Source: Candidatus Omnitrophota bacterium (GTDB lineage: Bacteria; Omnitrophota; Gorgyraeia; Zapsychrales; JBDRMG01). Taken from it: a stretch of 64,000 nucleotides of DNA. The DNA lies in contig JBDRMG010000002.1 in the NCBI GenBank assembly GCA_043812495.1, forward strand, positions 4,890-68,889, in the 5' to 3' direction. Position numbers and translations under genes: made by a program. Shown here in pieces: positions 19,588 through 29,181 of the stretch (its first letter is position 1; every line of letters begins with the position of its first letter). The notes beneath the pieces were generated by a model that did not search any database, was not told the DNA's origin, and saw nothing but the letters and a program-made list of their open reading frames with translations.

Positions 19588-20946
19588 ATGGATCTGAGAT
19601 TTTTCCAAGATTACTTTCTTCATATCATCAAGAATATGGTTGGGATGATATTCCTGATTGCGCTTTCCTTTGTCATCTATCTTGATGCCGACGCTCTCAA
19701 GCGGCAAGAGGAGACGGTGTACGATCAAACCCTTCACGCTTGTCCTATTACCTGGGCGGCGTGCATGCTTTTGTTATCTATTTTTACAACGCCGATCTAT
19801 CTTGTCAGAAGAAGTCATTTCTTCAGGAATTTTCGGCAGAAAGATGGTCCCGTTTATCCCCAAGGGTTAATCCCTGATTTAAAGATTTTAACCGACGCGA
19901 CCGGTATTCTTCTTTTGTTTTATCTAGCCATCTTATTCGCCAGTGGCCTTATTTTTATTTGGCCGGAATTCAGTCCTTGGATAAAATTTCCGCAGGAGTT
20001 GAAGATATTATTTTTTATCTTGCCTTCGGCTGTTTTGCTTGCGCTGATTTATGACGTCACGCGAAAACATCCTTATCCCGGATTTTTAAAGAGTGTCGAT
20101 TTCGCAAAGAAAGGGCAATCGTTTGTTGAGCTCTTCACGATTCCCTTTGTCGTCGGATTAATCTTAGCCGTTTCTTCCGCCTTTGTGATGATGTCAAGAA
20201 AGGTGATCCCTTCCACGCCCTTTACGCAAACGATCGATTCGATTCATAGCCCGACAGGACTTATGATGCTTCTGGGCCTGGCCCTTTTGATAGCGCCGTT
20301 AGCGGAGGAATTGATTTTCCGTGGATATTTCTTTGGAGTTCTTGAAAAATTCAAAGGAACGTCTTTTGCGGTTACGATCATCGCGATCGTCTTTACCTTA
20401 CTTCATGTGGGGCAATATTGGGGAGATTGGTTAGCAATTTTGATTGTGGCGATTCTGGGCTTTAGCCTGAGCGGTCTTCGCGCTTGGACCGGTTCAACCA
20501 TTGCGAGCACGGTGACCCACTACACGTATAATTTTCTCGTGACCCTTATCCCCATCAGCATGCTGATTTTTTCTCACACACCGTACGCACAATATCTGGC
20601 CGACTATCATAAACTCAATGCGAATCAAAAAGAAGAGCTTCTTCTTCAAAGCATAGAACAGAATCCCGATATTGCACCGGCCTACAATGATTTGGCCTGG
20701 CTCTATGCGCGGGAAAATAAGCATCTGGATAAAGCTCTTCGGTTAGCCGATCAAGCTCTCAAGAAGGATCCTGAGAATCGCGCCTTTCGGGACACAAAAG
20801 CAGAAGTCCTTTATCGGTTGAAGCGTTATCCGGAAGCCATTGCCATTGAAGAAAAACTTGTCTTAGAAGACCCCTCGGATTTCTTTGTACGGAAGCAATT
20901 AAAGAAAATGCAAGAAGAATGGCACGGGCAAAATACCAATCAATAA
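19588..20946 (+). CDS. CPBP-family intramembrane metalloprotease (CAAX/Abi) with C-terminal TPR repeats
   Basis: EELIFRGYFFG (EExxxR), FTLLHVGQY, HYTYNF motifs; TPR-like C-terminal 100 aa. Confidence 0.75.
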   Translation: MDLRFFQDYFLHIIKNMVGMIFLIALSFVIYLDADALKRQEETVYDQTLHACPITWAACMLLLSIFTTPIYLVRRSHFFRNFRQKDGPVYPQGLIPDLKILTDATGILLLFYLAILFASGLIFIWPEFSPWIKFPQELKILFFILPSAVLLALIYDVTRKHPYPGFLKSVDFAKKGQSFVELFTIPFVVGLILAVSSAFVMMSRKVIPSTPFTQTIDSIHSPTGLMMLLGLALLIAPLAEELIFRGYFFGVLEKFKGTSFAVTIIAIVFTLLHVGQYWGDWLAILIVAILGFSLSGLRAWTGSTIASTVTHYTYNFLVTLIPISMLIFSHTPYAQYLADYHKLNANQKEELLLQSIEQNPDIAPAYNDLAWLYARENKHLDKALRLADQALKKDPENRAFRDTKAEVLYRLKRYPEAIAIEEKLVLEDPSDFFVRKQLKKMQEEWHGQNTNQ

Positions 20947-20996
20947 GAAAGTGAATAGTTTGCGGAAGGATGCTTGCGGGAGAAAGAAGATTTATC

Positions 20997-21425
20997 TTAT
21001 CGATATGCGAGCGCTTGCATGCGCTTGATCAGTTTTTCTGTTTCAATCGGCTTGGTGATAAATTCGTCCCAGCCCATATTATAATTTTCCATGAGAGAGT
21101 CTTTATAGGCCGTCACCATGATGATGCGCGTGGGATGTACGGGCTTACTCTTTGCGGTTTCTTCAAAAGACCTGATCGATCGAAGAACTTCGAAGCCATC
21201 AGGACCCGGCATGGTGATATCCAGCAGAATAAAATCAAAGGGTTTTTTCTTTTTGATCGCCTTTTGATAAGCCTCAAGGGCCTTTTCGCCCGTCTCAACG
21301 GTTGTGCACACGGCCACAGAGGAAAGAGCCTTCAAGAGTTCGGCGCGCGCTTGGAGGTCATCCTCGGCGAGAAGAACGTTCCATTTGACAGGGTATTTTT
21401 TTGTACGTTCAACCATGATCAACAT
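20997..21425 (-). CDS. Single-domain response regulator (CheY-like receiver)
   Basis: LLAEDD, DFILLDITMPGPDGFEVLRSIR, conserved K; start uncertain (TTG 21455 or ATG 21425). Confidence 0.75.
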   Translation of the reverse strand: MLIMVERTKKYPVKWNVLLAEDDLQARAELLKALSSVAVCTTVETGEKALEAYQKAIKKKKPFDFILLDITMPGPDGFEVLRSIRSFEETAKSKPVHPTRIIMVTAYKDSLMENYNMGWDEFITKPIETEKLIKRMQALAYR

Positions 21426-21594
21426 TAGATTAGCTCTCAAAAAATGCCTTGTCAATATATTCGTCAGCTTTGATGGCCCGTAGTATCGACCGAAAAGATT
21501 GCCCGTTAGCCTTTTTTCTTGTTTGTTGCGCCAATAGGCGCTAAAATAACCATAATGATTTTTACTTATCGGATAAGAAAACGAAAGGAGTGTA

Positions 21595-22080
21595 ATGGCC
21601 GGTTTCTTAGATCGCTTCAGAACGAATGTTGTTTTGAGTGTTTACAAAGAACAATCACCGTCGCCCCAAACGCAAGAGTTGAATGACAAAATTGCCCTTG
21701 GTGTTTTATTATGGGTTGTCGCGGAAGCGGATGAAAAGTTTCTCCCTGAGGAAAAAGACAAAATCAAGGACATCTTAAGTTCTCATGGGCATATGTCCAG
21801 CGATGAAATGTCGATTATTCTTGGTTCCATCGAGCAAGCGGCCAAGGAAAGAATTGATCTGTATCATTTTACGCGCGAAGTCAGTCAAGATCTTCGCTAT
21901 GAGGCCAAAATCATTATTCTTGAAAATCTTTTTAGAGTGGCCTGCGCTGATGGCGATCTTGACCACAATGAAAACGAGCTTATTCGCAAGATTGCCGGTC
22001 TTCTAAGAGTGGATCATAAAGATTTTATTGAAGCCAAGATAAAAATTAAGAAAGAGTCTAATTTACCGACTCTTGAATGA
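21595..22080 (+). CDS. TerB-family (tellurite-resistance TerB-like) protein
   Basis: Two TerB-like half repeats (ADEKFLPEEKDKI, ACADGDLDHNENELIRKIAGLL). Confidence 0.55.
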   Translation: MAGFLDRFRTNVVLSVYKEQSPSPQTQELNDKIALGVLLWVVAEADEKFLPEEKDKIKDILSSHGHMSSDEMSIILGSIEQAAKERIDLYHFTREVSQDLRYEAKIIILENLFRVACADGDLDHNENELIRKIAGLLRVDHKDFIEAKIKIKKESNLPTLE

Positions 22081-22187
22081 AATATTTTGATTGTATTTGC
22101 TGAAAACTCCCGCACCAATTATAAAATAATTGGTGCGGGAGTCAATTCGCACTTTCAACTTGCGTTCACTATAGTTCCGCAAGTTGT
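22079..22187 (+). repeat. REP/BIME-like composite element copy C
   Basis: Head GAAATATTTTGATTGTATTTGC, CCCGCACC..GGTGCGGG hairpin, AGTCAATTCG core, CAACTTGCG..CGCAAGTTG hairpin, terminal GCTCATTGGAAGGAGG = SD for tatA. Confidence 0.8.
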
Positions 22188-22400
22188 GTGCTCATTGGAA
22201 GGAGGATCATCATGAGGCTGGGTATTTGGGAACTTCTCATTATTTTTGGCGTGATTTTGATTTTATTCGGTGCCAAAAGGCTTCCTGAAATTGGCCAGGC
22301 GCTGGGCAAGGCGATCCGGGAATTTAAAAAAGCAGGCCAGGATCTCGGGGACGATTCCAAAGAAAAAACGAAAGAAGATCACGGTGAAGACAAAGCCTGA
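22188..22400 (+). CDS. tatA: Twin-arginine translocase TatA/E
   Basis: MRLGIWELLIIFGVILILFGAKRLPEIGQALGKAIREFKKA canonical TatA. Confidence 0.9.
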   Translation: MLIGRRIIMRLGIWELLIIFGVILILFGAKRLPEIGQALGKAIREFKKAGQDLGDDSKEKTKEDHGEDKA

Positions 22401-23103
22401 TCAGCTCACCTTTAGCGAACATTTGGAAGAGTTAAGAGGGCGTCTGATCAAGGTGCTTGTGACTTTGGCCGTTTGTTGCTTTATCGTTGCTTTTTATGTC
22501 GACAAAATACTCACCTTTTTTATTCGACCCATCGGAACTCTTATTTTCACGTCACCCGCCGAAGCGTTCTTGGCCCATATGACTCTGATTTTTGTTGGGG
22601 GTTTTACCCTCAGCGTTCCTATTACACTTTATCAGGGATGGCAATTTATGGTTTGCGGGTTAACAACCAAAGAAAAAAGGTATGCCTTTTTCTTTGTTCC
22701 GCTATCAACAACATTCTTTCTTCTTGGGCTTCTGTTTGGTTATTTTGTCATACTGCCTATCGCCTTAAAATTTTTGTTAGGCTTTTCTAATTCAATGATT
22801 CGACCGATGATTACGATCGGGAATTATGTTTCTTTTGTGTGCGCGATTGTTCTTGTCTTCGGTCTTGTTTTCCAATTTCCCCTGGGGATTCTTTTTCTGA
22901 CAAAACTGGGTCTTGTCCGTCCGTCTTTTCTTATCGAAAAAAGACGCTACGCGATTGTTCTTATATTTATTATCAGTGCTTTATTGACGCCGCCTGATTG
23001 CATCACGCAGCTTCTTATGGCCGGTCCTTTAATACTTTTATATGAACTGAGCATTTTCTTATCAAAAGTCTTCTATCGTTCCAACTTGACTAGAGAAGAT
23101 TGA
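22384..23103 (+). CDS. tatC: Twin-arginine translocase TatC
   Basis: LTFSEHLEELRGRLIKVLV canonical TatC N-terminus, six TM; GTG 22384 chosen so overlap with tatA is minimal (ORF open from 22270). Confidence 0.8.
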   Translation: MKTKPDQLTFSEHLEELRGRLIKVLVTLAVCCFIVAFYVDKILTFFIRPIGTLIFTSPAEAFLAHMTLIFVGGFTLSVPITLYQGWQFMVCGLTTKEKRYAFFFVPLSTTFFLLGLLFGYFVILPIALKFLLGFSNSMIRPMITIGNYVSFVCAIVLVFGLVFQFPLGILFLTKLGLVRPSFLIEKRRYAIVLIFIISALLTPPDCITQLLMAGPLILLYELSIFLSKVFYRSNLTRED

Positions 23104-23155
23104 GATATCATCAAACGGATATTAAGAACCATGATCAAGGCTAAGAAAGAAAACG

Positions 23156-25324
23156 ATGAAAAGATTTAATACATTTGAAGGGGTTTTCACGCCAAGCCTC
23201 CTTAGCATCCTCGGCGTTATTATGTATTTGCGCCTTGGATGGGTTATCGGAAGCGTCGGTCTCGGTTGGGCCCTGGTGATTATTTGTCTTGCCAATTTGA
23301 TCACCTTATCAACGGCCTTGTCCTTGTCTTCGATCGTGACCAATATTCGTATCGGGACAGGCGGCGCTTACTCTGTCATTACAAAATCTCTCGGTTTGGA
23401 AATCGGGGGAGCCATCGGTATTCCGCTTTATTTATCTCAGGCGATTTCTGTGGCCTTTTACGTTGTCGGTTTTACGGAATGCTGGCATTCGGTGTTTCCT
23501 TACCATAATTTCTTCGGCGTAAGCCTGATCACCTGGGCGTTGATTCTTATTATTTCTTACACAAGCGCCAAATTGGCATTTCGCATCCAATATGCCATTA
23601 TGGCCCTCATCGGACTCTCGTTGGTATCAATCGTATTGAGCCCTCAGTCTTTTACGCATAATCCTGTGATTTGGCCGTCGTTTCAGGCCGGAAATTTCTG
23701 GATGGTGTTTGCTATTTTCTTTCCGGCGGTCACGGGTTTTCTAGCTGGAGCCACAATGTCCGGTGAATTAAATGATGCCAGGCGCAGCATTCCCCGCGGA
23801 ACTTTAAGCGCTGTATTGGTCGGATTCGTCATTTATATCGGCTTAGCCATTTGGCTTAGCCGGCATGTATCCGCAAACGATCTTGCGGCCAACAAATCTA
23901 TTCTGATTGATCTTGGCCGGTGGAAATGGGCCATCATCGCAGGCATCATGGGAGCGACGTTGTCTTCGGCCATCAGCATGTTTGTCGCATCCCCTCGGAC
24001 GCTTTTGGCTCTGGGTAAGCATAAAACCGTTCCTTTGTCATCGTCCATGGCACGGATGAATAAAAAAGGCGAACCGACAACAGCCATTCTTTTTACCGCA
24101 TTGTTATCTCTGATTACTTTGCTTTTTGGTACTCTGGATAATGTCGCTGGTTTGCTAACGATGTTTTTCTTAATTACCTATGGCATGATTAATCTCTCCG
24201 TTTTTATCGAACAGAGCATCGGATTGGTGAGTTTCCGTCCGAGTTTCCGGATTCCACAATTAATTTCATTTTTAGGCAGCGCTGGTTGCTTTGTTTTGAT
24301 GTTTTTTATCAATGCGAAATTCAGCCTCATTGCGATCCTGACGATCGTCTTGATCTTCTGGTATTTGGTCAAAAGAGAAATGAAGACCTACTCACCGGAT
24401 GTGCGCAGCGGTCTTTTGGTTTTTGGAGCGGAACAATTGGCCAAAATGGCCGCTGGCCTTCCGTATCATCCTAAAATCTGGAAACCCAATGTCCTTGTTT
24501 CCATTAAGGAGTCGGACGATCTTCCCGAGATCATGAAATTCTTAAAATCCGTTGTTCTGCCCAACGGCCGCATTCTGGCTTTTCAAATTATAGAGAAAGC
24601 AAAACGAGAAAAGATGTTTTCGATGGGAGTTTCTTCGCCAAAGGAAAGAGAAAAGGCGAAGATCGAGCGAGAGAAGATCGCAGCCCGATTAACTTCCATC
24701 ACTCAGCCGTTAAAGGATGAAGGATTGTTTGTAGCCAATATGGTCATCGAGTCAGCGGATTTTATCACGGGAACCAAAGCAGTTATTCAGTCTCTCAGAG
24801 GAACTTTCTTCCCGCCCAATACGCTTTTTCTGACATTGACAGAAGACCGAAAGCAGGATAACATGGTTGAGCATGTTGTTCGGGATGCCGAAGATGAAGG
24901 GTTAGGGATTATTATTCTCTTAAGACATCCTGCGGTCGGTTTTGGACGCCAGAAGGTGGTTAATTTATGGATCAGGCGACAAAGTCCTAATCTGGATTTG
25001 TCTATTCTCATCGCTCTTCAGCTTGAGAAAAATTGGGATGGCTATACACGGATTATTCAAATCGTGGACAATGAGCAAGAAAAGCTCGAAGCGATGTCCT
25101 ATCTGGATCATCTTAAGGAGTTGATGCGCATGTCCGGGGATACCCAGATCAAAGTCATGGTCGGTAATTTCAAGGAGATTCTCGGCCAGGTCCCCCCAGC
25201 CGATATGAATATTTTCGGCATGCCCCTAGAGCCCGATATGGCCATGATTCGCGAGATTTCCTCAAAAATTCAAACGTCCGTACTTTTCTTAAGAGATTCC
25301 GAGCACGAAAAGGCTACAGCCTGA
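23156..25324 (+). CDS. APC-superfamily permease, cation-chloride cotransporter (SLC12)-like with C-terminal cytoplasmic domain
   Basis: FEGVFTPSLLSILGVIMYLRLGWVIG N-terminal signature, about 12 TM plus ~300 aa soluble tail. Confidence 0.65.
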   Translation: MKRFNTFEGVFTPSLLSILGVIMYLRLGWVIGSVGLGWALVIICLANLITLSTALSLSSIVTNIRIGTGGAYSVITKSLGLEIGGAIGIPLYLSQAISVAFYVVGFTECWHSVFPYHNFFGVSLITWALILIISYTSAKLAFRIQYAIMALIGLSLVSIVLSPQSFTHNPVIWPSFQAGNFWMVFAIFFPAVTGFLAGATMSGELNDARRSIPRGTLSAVLVGFVIYIGLAIWLSRHVSANDLAANKSILIDLGRWKWAIIAGIMGATLSSAISMFVASPRTLLALGKHKTVPLSSSMARMNKKGEPTTAILFTALLSLITLLFGTLDNVAGLLTMFFLITYGMINLSVFIEQSIGLVSFRPSFRIPQLISFLGSAGCFVLMFFINAKFSLIAILTIVLIFWYLVKREMKTYSPDVRSGLLVFGAEQLAKMAAGLPYHPKIWKPNVLVSIKESDDLPEIMKFLKSVVLPNGRILAFQIIEKAKREKMFSMGVSSPKEREKAKIEREKIAARLTSITQPLKDEGLFVANMVIESADFITGTKAVIQSLRGTFFPPNTLFLTLTEDRKQDNMVEHVVRDAEDEGLGIIILLRHPAVGFGRQKVVNLWIRRQSPNLDLSILIALQLEKNWDGYTRIIQIVDNEQEKLEAMSYLDHLKELMRMSGDTQIKVMVGNFKEILGQVPPADMNIFGMPLEPDMAMIREISSKIQTSVLFLRDSEHEKATA

Positions 25325-25393
25325 CCGCAGAAACCCTCTCTAAGAGCCCTCTGATTTTGAATTAGCAATTTTTCTGTTGCATTTATTATTTTT

Positions 25394-25421
25394 TTGACTA
25401 CAATAAAGCATTAATTATAGT
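25394..25421 (+). promoter_or_regulatory. Candidate sigma70 promoter (TTGACT-16-TATAGT)
   Basis: Hexamers at 25394-25399 and 25416-25421 upstream of ORF 25449. Confidence 0.3.
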
Positions 25422-25448
25422 GGTTGGGTCAATTTCAAAGGAGGGTCC

Positions 25449-25679
25449 ATGAAGATCGCAGAGCTCAAATGGTTGTTAAAAGACAAGCGCGTCCAAGAGG
25501 AGATCAATAAACACCTTTGGATTGAAAGTCAAAAAGCAGGGTATGATATTGGCATTGCCCGTGCCACCGATGAATGGCTCAAGCTTTATGCCGAGGGATG
25601 GATGAAATATCATACACCCGAGAAGTTGAAGAGCAAAGAGACTTCAGCCAAGAAAGTTAAAGTCAAAGCCAAGAAATAA
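25449..25679 (+). CDS. Small conserved hypothetical protein (76 aa, lysine-rich tail)
   Basis: Good SD GGAGGG, intact ORF followed by strong terminator; no family recognised. Confidence 0.5.
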   Translation: MKIAELKWLLKDKRVQEEINKHLWIESQKAGYDIGIARATDEWLKLYAEGWMKYHTPEKLKSKETSAKKVKVKAKK

Positions 25680-25701
25680 AACCTCAAGAAAAAAATAAAA
25701 T

Positions 25702-25730
25702 GGACAGGTCGCGACCTGTCCATTTTTTTA
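25702..25730 (+). terminator. Rho-independent terminator
   Basis: GGACAGGTCGCGACCTGTCC followed by TTTTTTTA. Confidence 0.85.
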
Positions 25731-25742
25731 TTAGGTTAATAG

Positions 25743-25772
25743 AAAACCCTCTAAGAATTCTTAGAGGGTTTT
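25743..25772. terminator. Bidirectional terminator-like perfect palindrome
   Basis: AAACCCTCTAAGAATTCTTAGAGGGTTT with A-run upstream and T-run downstream. Confidence 0.7.
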
Positions 25773-25795
25773 CCTTATGATATATTTAACTCAAG

Positions 25796-25840
25796 TTATT
25801 TCTTCTTCTTCTTTGCTACTTTTTTCTTTTTCTTTACCAT
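25796..25840 (-). CDS. Tiny lysine-rich ORF MVKKKKKVAKKKKK (14 aa), speculative
   Basis: AAAGGGGTGAG SD 6 nt upstream of ATG on minus strand; followed by the palindromic terminator. Confidence 0.2.
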   Translation of the reverse strand: MVKKKKKVAKKKKK

Positions 25841-26013
25841 CCTGCTCACCCCTTTCTTATAAAATTTTTATAAGAATTTAATTACCTTATTTTTATCTTA
25901 ACACACATGATGTGAGATGCAAAAGTTATTTTAAATATTTTTAAAGGAAAATTATTTCACTAAAACCTTTTTCTTGTTTCGCGAAAAACACAGAGGTACA
26001 ATGGTCAACGAAG

Positions 26014-27138
26014 ATGAAATCAAAAGCCATAAAAACAAAGTCCCTCTACATCCATATTCCTTTCTGCAAAAAGAAATGTTATTTCTGTTCTTTTGTCATT
26101 TCCGTAGGCAGCGAACATTATGCGGATGACTACCTCGCATGCCTTAACAAAGAGGCACAGCGTTATCGGGGCGAGCGCATTGCAACCCTTTACATCGGAG
26201 GAGGCACGCCCAGCCGTCTTCAGCCCAATCAATTAAAACAAATGATTGATTTCATCAAACATAATTTCAAATTCTCGCGCCGATGCGAATTTACAATAGA
26301 AGTTAATCCCGACGATATTGACGTTGATAAGGCTCGGTGCATCAAGGATCTCGGCATCAATCGTGTTAGTTTAGGCGCGCAATCGTTTAACCAAAGCACT
26401 CTCAAATACCTGGGAAGAACGCATAGCTCAAGCGATAACGAAAGGGCCTTTCGTATCTTGCGTAAGGTTGGTTTTCGCAATATTAATCTGGATCTCATTT
26501 ACGGTTTTCCTCATCAAACGCCAGAAGAAATAAAAAATGACGTGCGCCGTTTGACCGAACTTGAAAGCGAACACGTTTCCCTTTATACGCTCACCATAGA
26601 AGAAAAAAGCAGATTTCATATCAAGAAGATACAGTTGCCCAGTCAAGAAATACAAGCGAAGCAATATGTTCTTGTGAAAAAACTTCTTCAAGAAGCCCAT
26701 TTTCATCAATACGAAGTGAGCAACTTTGCTAAGAAAGGAAAAGAATCCAAACACAATCTCATTTATTGGAGCGGCGGAAATTATATTGGTCTTGGTGTTG
26801 GCGCTCATTCTCATTTGGATGGCCGACGATTCTGGAATGTTTCCGGTCTTCATCCTTATATGCGATTGGTGAAGAACGATCAGCAACCCCTGGAAGGTCA
26901 AGAACGGTTAACATCCTACGAACAGTTTCTGGAGTGTCTGTGTTTCGGGTTGCGCATGAACAAGGGAGTGGACCTTTTATCTCTTGAGAAGCGTTTCCAT
27001 TGCGTCTTGGATAAGAAACGAAGAGAGCTGGTCGATCATCTCACTACAAGTCAATACCTCAGAAAGGAAAGACATCATCTGAAAGCGACAAACAGAGGAC
27101 AGCTTGTTTTAGATGAGATATGCGCGCGATTGATTTAA
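26014..27138 (+). CDS. hemW: Radical SAM heme chaperone HemW (HemN-like, oxygen-independent coproporphyrinogen oxidase family)
   Basis: LYIHIPFCKKKCYFCSF CxxxCxxC radical SAM motif, HemN C-terminal domain. Confidence 0.85.
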   Translation: MKSKAIKTKSLYIHIPFCKKKCYFCSFVISVGSEHYADDYLACLNKEAQRYRGERIATLYIGGGTPSRLQPNQLKQMIDFIKHNFKFSRRCEFTIEVNPDDIDVDKARCIKDLGINRVSLGAQSFNQSTLKYLGRTHSSSDNERAFRILRKVGFRNINLDLIYGFPHQTPEEIKNDVRRLTELESEHVSLYTLTIEEKSRFHIKKIQLPSQEIQAKQYVLVKKLLQEAHFHQYEVSNFAKKGKESKHNLIYWSGGNYIGLGVGAHSHLDGRRFWNVSGLHPYMRLVKNDQQPLEGQERLTSYEQFLECLCFGLRMNKGVDLLSLEKRFHCVLDKKRRELVDHLTTSQYLRKERHHLKATNRGQLVLDEICARLI

Positions 27139-27201
27139 AAAAAGACACTACGCGGGATTTTTCTGGGCCATTCTTAATGAGGGTGAAAGATTTGTCCCAA
27201 C

Positions 27202-27549
27202 TTATTGAAAAAGAAGAAAATAATGAAATCTAGAGAATGGCCCTGAGGTTCTTTCATGCACCCTAAATAAGAAAGAACCATTTTTATCCTTTGGAATGAA
27301 AATCTGATGACATTCATTGCAGAAATATTGCTTGCTCCAGACGCCGGCAATCTTTTTGTATTTGGCGATATCTTTTGTGAACTTGCGTACAATGAGCCTC
27401 AACGTTAAAAAAAAGTGAATACCAATAAAAAATGTTAATCCCAAGGAAATAAGAAAGTACGTTTTCTCTCCCAAACGCCCGATAATCAGTGATCCCACGG
27501 AAAGCCAGGACAATAAAAGCGCCATCGAGACAATGATTCCCGCCGGCAA
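27202..27549 (-). CDS. Hypothetical small membrane protein
   Basis: Two TM helices; only ORF in this gap, weak support. Confidence 0.3.
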   Translation of the reverse strand: MPAGIIVSMALLLSWLSVGSLIIGRLGEKTYFLISLGLTFFIGIHFFLTLRLIVRKFTKDIAKYKKIAGVWSKQYFCNECHQIFIPKDKNGSFLFRVHERTSGPFSRFHYFLLFQ

Positions 27550-27784
27550 ACTGGTTTTGGGTTCTTCCGGAGGCGTCAGTTTCTTAAGAAGCCTTTGCTT
27601 TTGCCGTTCACTTAGACCTTGCGTTTTATCAGCGATCGAATTCTCGTTAAATAATTTCCGACCCGCGCCTTTGGATTTTAATGTTTAGTGCACATAGGCG
27701 GTTGAATCGATATCATTGCCTTGACAATAGGGATATTCTAGTTCTCTATCAAACCTCATGTTCTCTTTATTCGTTGTTCGTAAT

Positions 27785-28903
27785 TTATAATGAGATATTA
27801 TTGGCTTGTGCGATGATTTTGCTTTTTACGAATAAGACGTTGAGAGAATCGTTGATCATTGCGCGGTATTCTTTTTTCATGGAAAGCGAAGGAAAGATGT
27901 GATGCGCTTTCTTGAGTAAGCCGGTCATTTTGCGTAAACTATAAGACAGACTTCCCGACTGAATCAATATCTTCCGTATCGCCATAAGATCGGCATAGGT
28001 TTTTTTGTTTTTCTCAAAATAATAAAGGAATTGTTTTTTTTGGCGGCCCTTCAAGTGTTCGTAAGCATGACAGGTCAGAATCGTTTTCTTTGACTCCGCT
28101 AAGTCGCTCAGGATAGATTTTCCGATATTCTTTTGAGAATCGAAAATACCTAAAATATCATCCTGGATTTGAAAGGCTTGACCAAGATAACTTCCGAAGC
28201 GTGACAGGCGTTGAGTTTCTCTTTGAGAGGCGCCGGCAAGAATTGCCCCCACCACAAGAGGGCATTCAAAAGTATAACGCGCGGTTTTCAGCCGATACGT
28301 CAGAAGAACGTCTTTTTGTGAAACATTCTGGATTTTCTTAACACCCTGCAAGACATCGATAAATTCTCCGATGGCCGTAAAAGCGGCTGTCCGGATAAAA
28401 TATTTCAACGCTTTTTCTTTGCGCAAGGGGTCTTCCCGGATGGATAGAAAGGCATCGATGGCTAAAGAATAAAGGATGTCGCCTGTGACAATGCTTAAAT
28501 CATAGCCGAGTTTATCCTGTTCTTTTGTCTTGGCGGCTTTGCGCAAAAGCCGGTGCATGGTCGGCTGACCTCGCCGCAAGTCCGATCGGTCGATGATGTC
28601 ATCGTGGACGAGCATGAAAATATGCAAAAGCTCCATGCAGGTGGAGGCATCATAAAGACTTCGAGAGGGACCATTCTTTTTATGTTTATACCCTTGATAG
28701 CTTAGAATGAGAAGGAGAGGACGAATCCGTTTTCCTTTTCGCAAGGCATAGTCCTTGATGCTTTCATAAAGGATAGGATCCACTTGATGCAAATAATAAT
28801 CATGGCGAATTTTATTGAGGAATTTCTCAAGATGCTGGTCAATGTGTTTAATGATCGTTTTGAGCACAGCCACTATCGTAACATAGCCTGGCCCGGTGTT
28901 CAA
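27785..28903 (-). CDS. Polyprenyl diphosphate synthase (IspB/GGPPS family)
   Basis: LLHIFMLVHDDIIDRSDLRRGQPT (first DDxxD) and FQIQDDILG (second); N-terminal start may be downstream of 28903. Confidence 0.85.
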   Translation of the reverse strand: MNTGPGYVTIVAVLKTIIKHIDQHLEKFLNKIRHDYYLHQVDPILYESIKDYALRKGKRIRPLLLILSYQGYKHKKNGPSRSLYDASTCMELLHIFMLVHDDIIDRSDLRRGQPTMHRLLRKAAKTKEQDKLGYDLSIVTGDILYSLAIDAFLSIREDPLRKEKALKYFIRTAAFTAIGEFIDVLQGVKKIQNVSQKDVLLTYRLKTARYTFECPLVVGAILAGASQRETQRLSRFGSYLGQAFQIQDDILGIFDSQKNIGKSILSDLAESKKTILTCHAYEHLKGRQKKQFLYYFEKNKKTYADLMAIRKILIQSGSLSYSLRKMTGLLKKAHHIFPSLSMKKEYRAMINDSLNVLFVKSKIIAQANNISL

Positions 28904-28976
28904 CTTTCATTTCATAACCCGAAGGCAAGAAAGAGGAAAAATGATGGTATTTTCATAGAAGTGATATTAAACTTAA

Positions 28977-29010
28977 ATGAGGAGTCGGGGTGTTTTCCCC
29001 GACTCCTCAT
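28977..29010. promoter_or_regulatory. Perfect 14-bp palindrome in divergent intergenic region
   Basis: ATGAGGAGTCGGGG-tgtttt-CCCCGACTCCTCAT. Confidence 0.5.
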
Positions 29011-29181
29011 CCCGAGGAACGAAGTGACGAGGGATCTCATGAGATCCTTCAGCCCTTTGGGCTTCAGGATGACCAGTCGGAGGAGCACGGCAGAAAACTC
29101 CCCGACTGGTCACTTAAATAGAGAAGGTAAAAAGTTAATTCTTCAAAGTTCGAAAGTCAAAGTAACGGAAAGAAGGAAGTC

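Noticed and set aside
20970-21428. 152-aa + strand ORF antisense to the response-regulator gene
   Set aside because: Mirror ORF of a well-supported REC-domain gene on the minus strand. No motifs.
22270-22383. Long TatC N-terminal extension overlapping tatA
   Set aside because: It would overlap tatA by 130 nt in another frame. The canonical TatC N-terminus (LTFSEHLEELR) begins just after the tatA stop, where a GTG is available.
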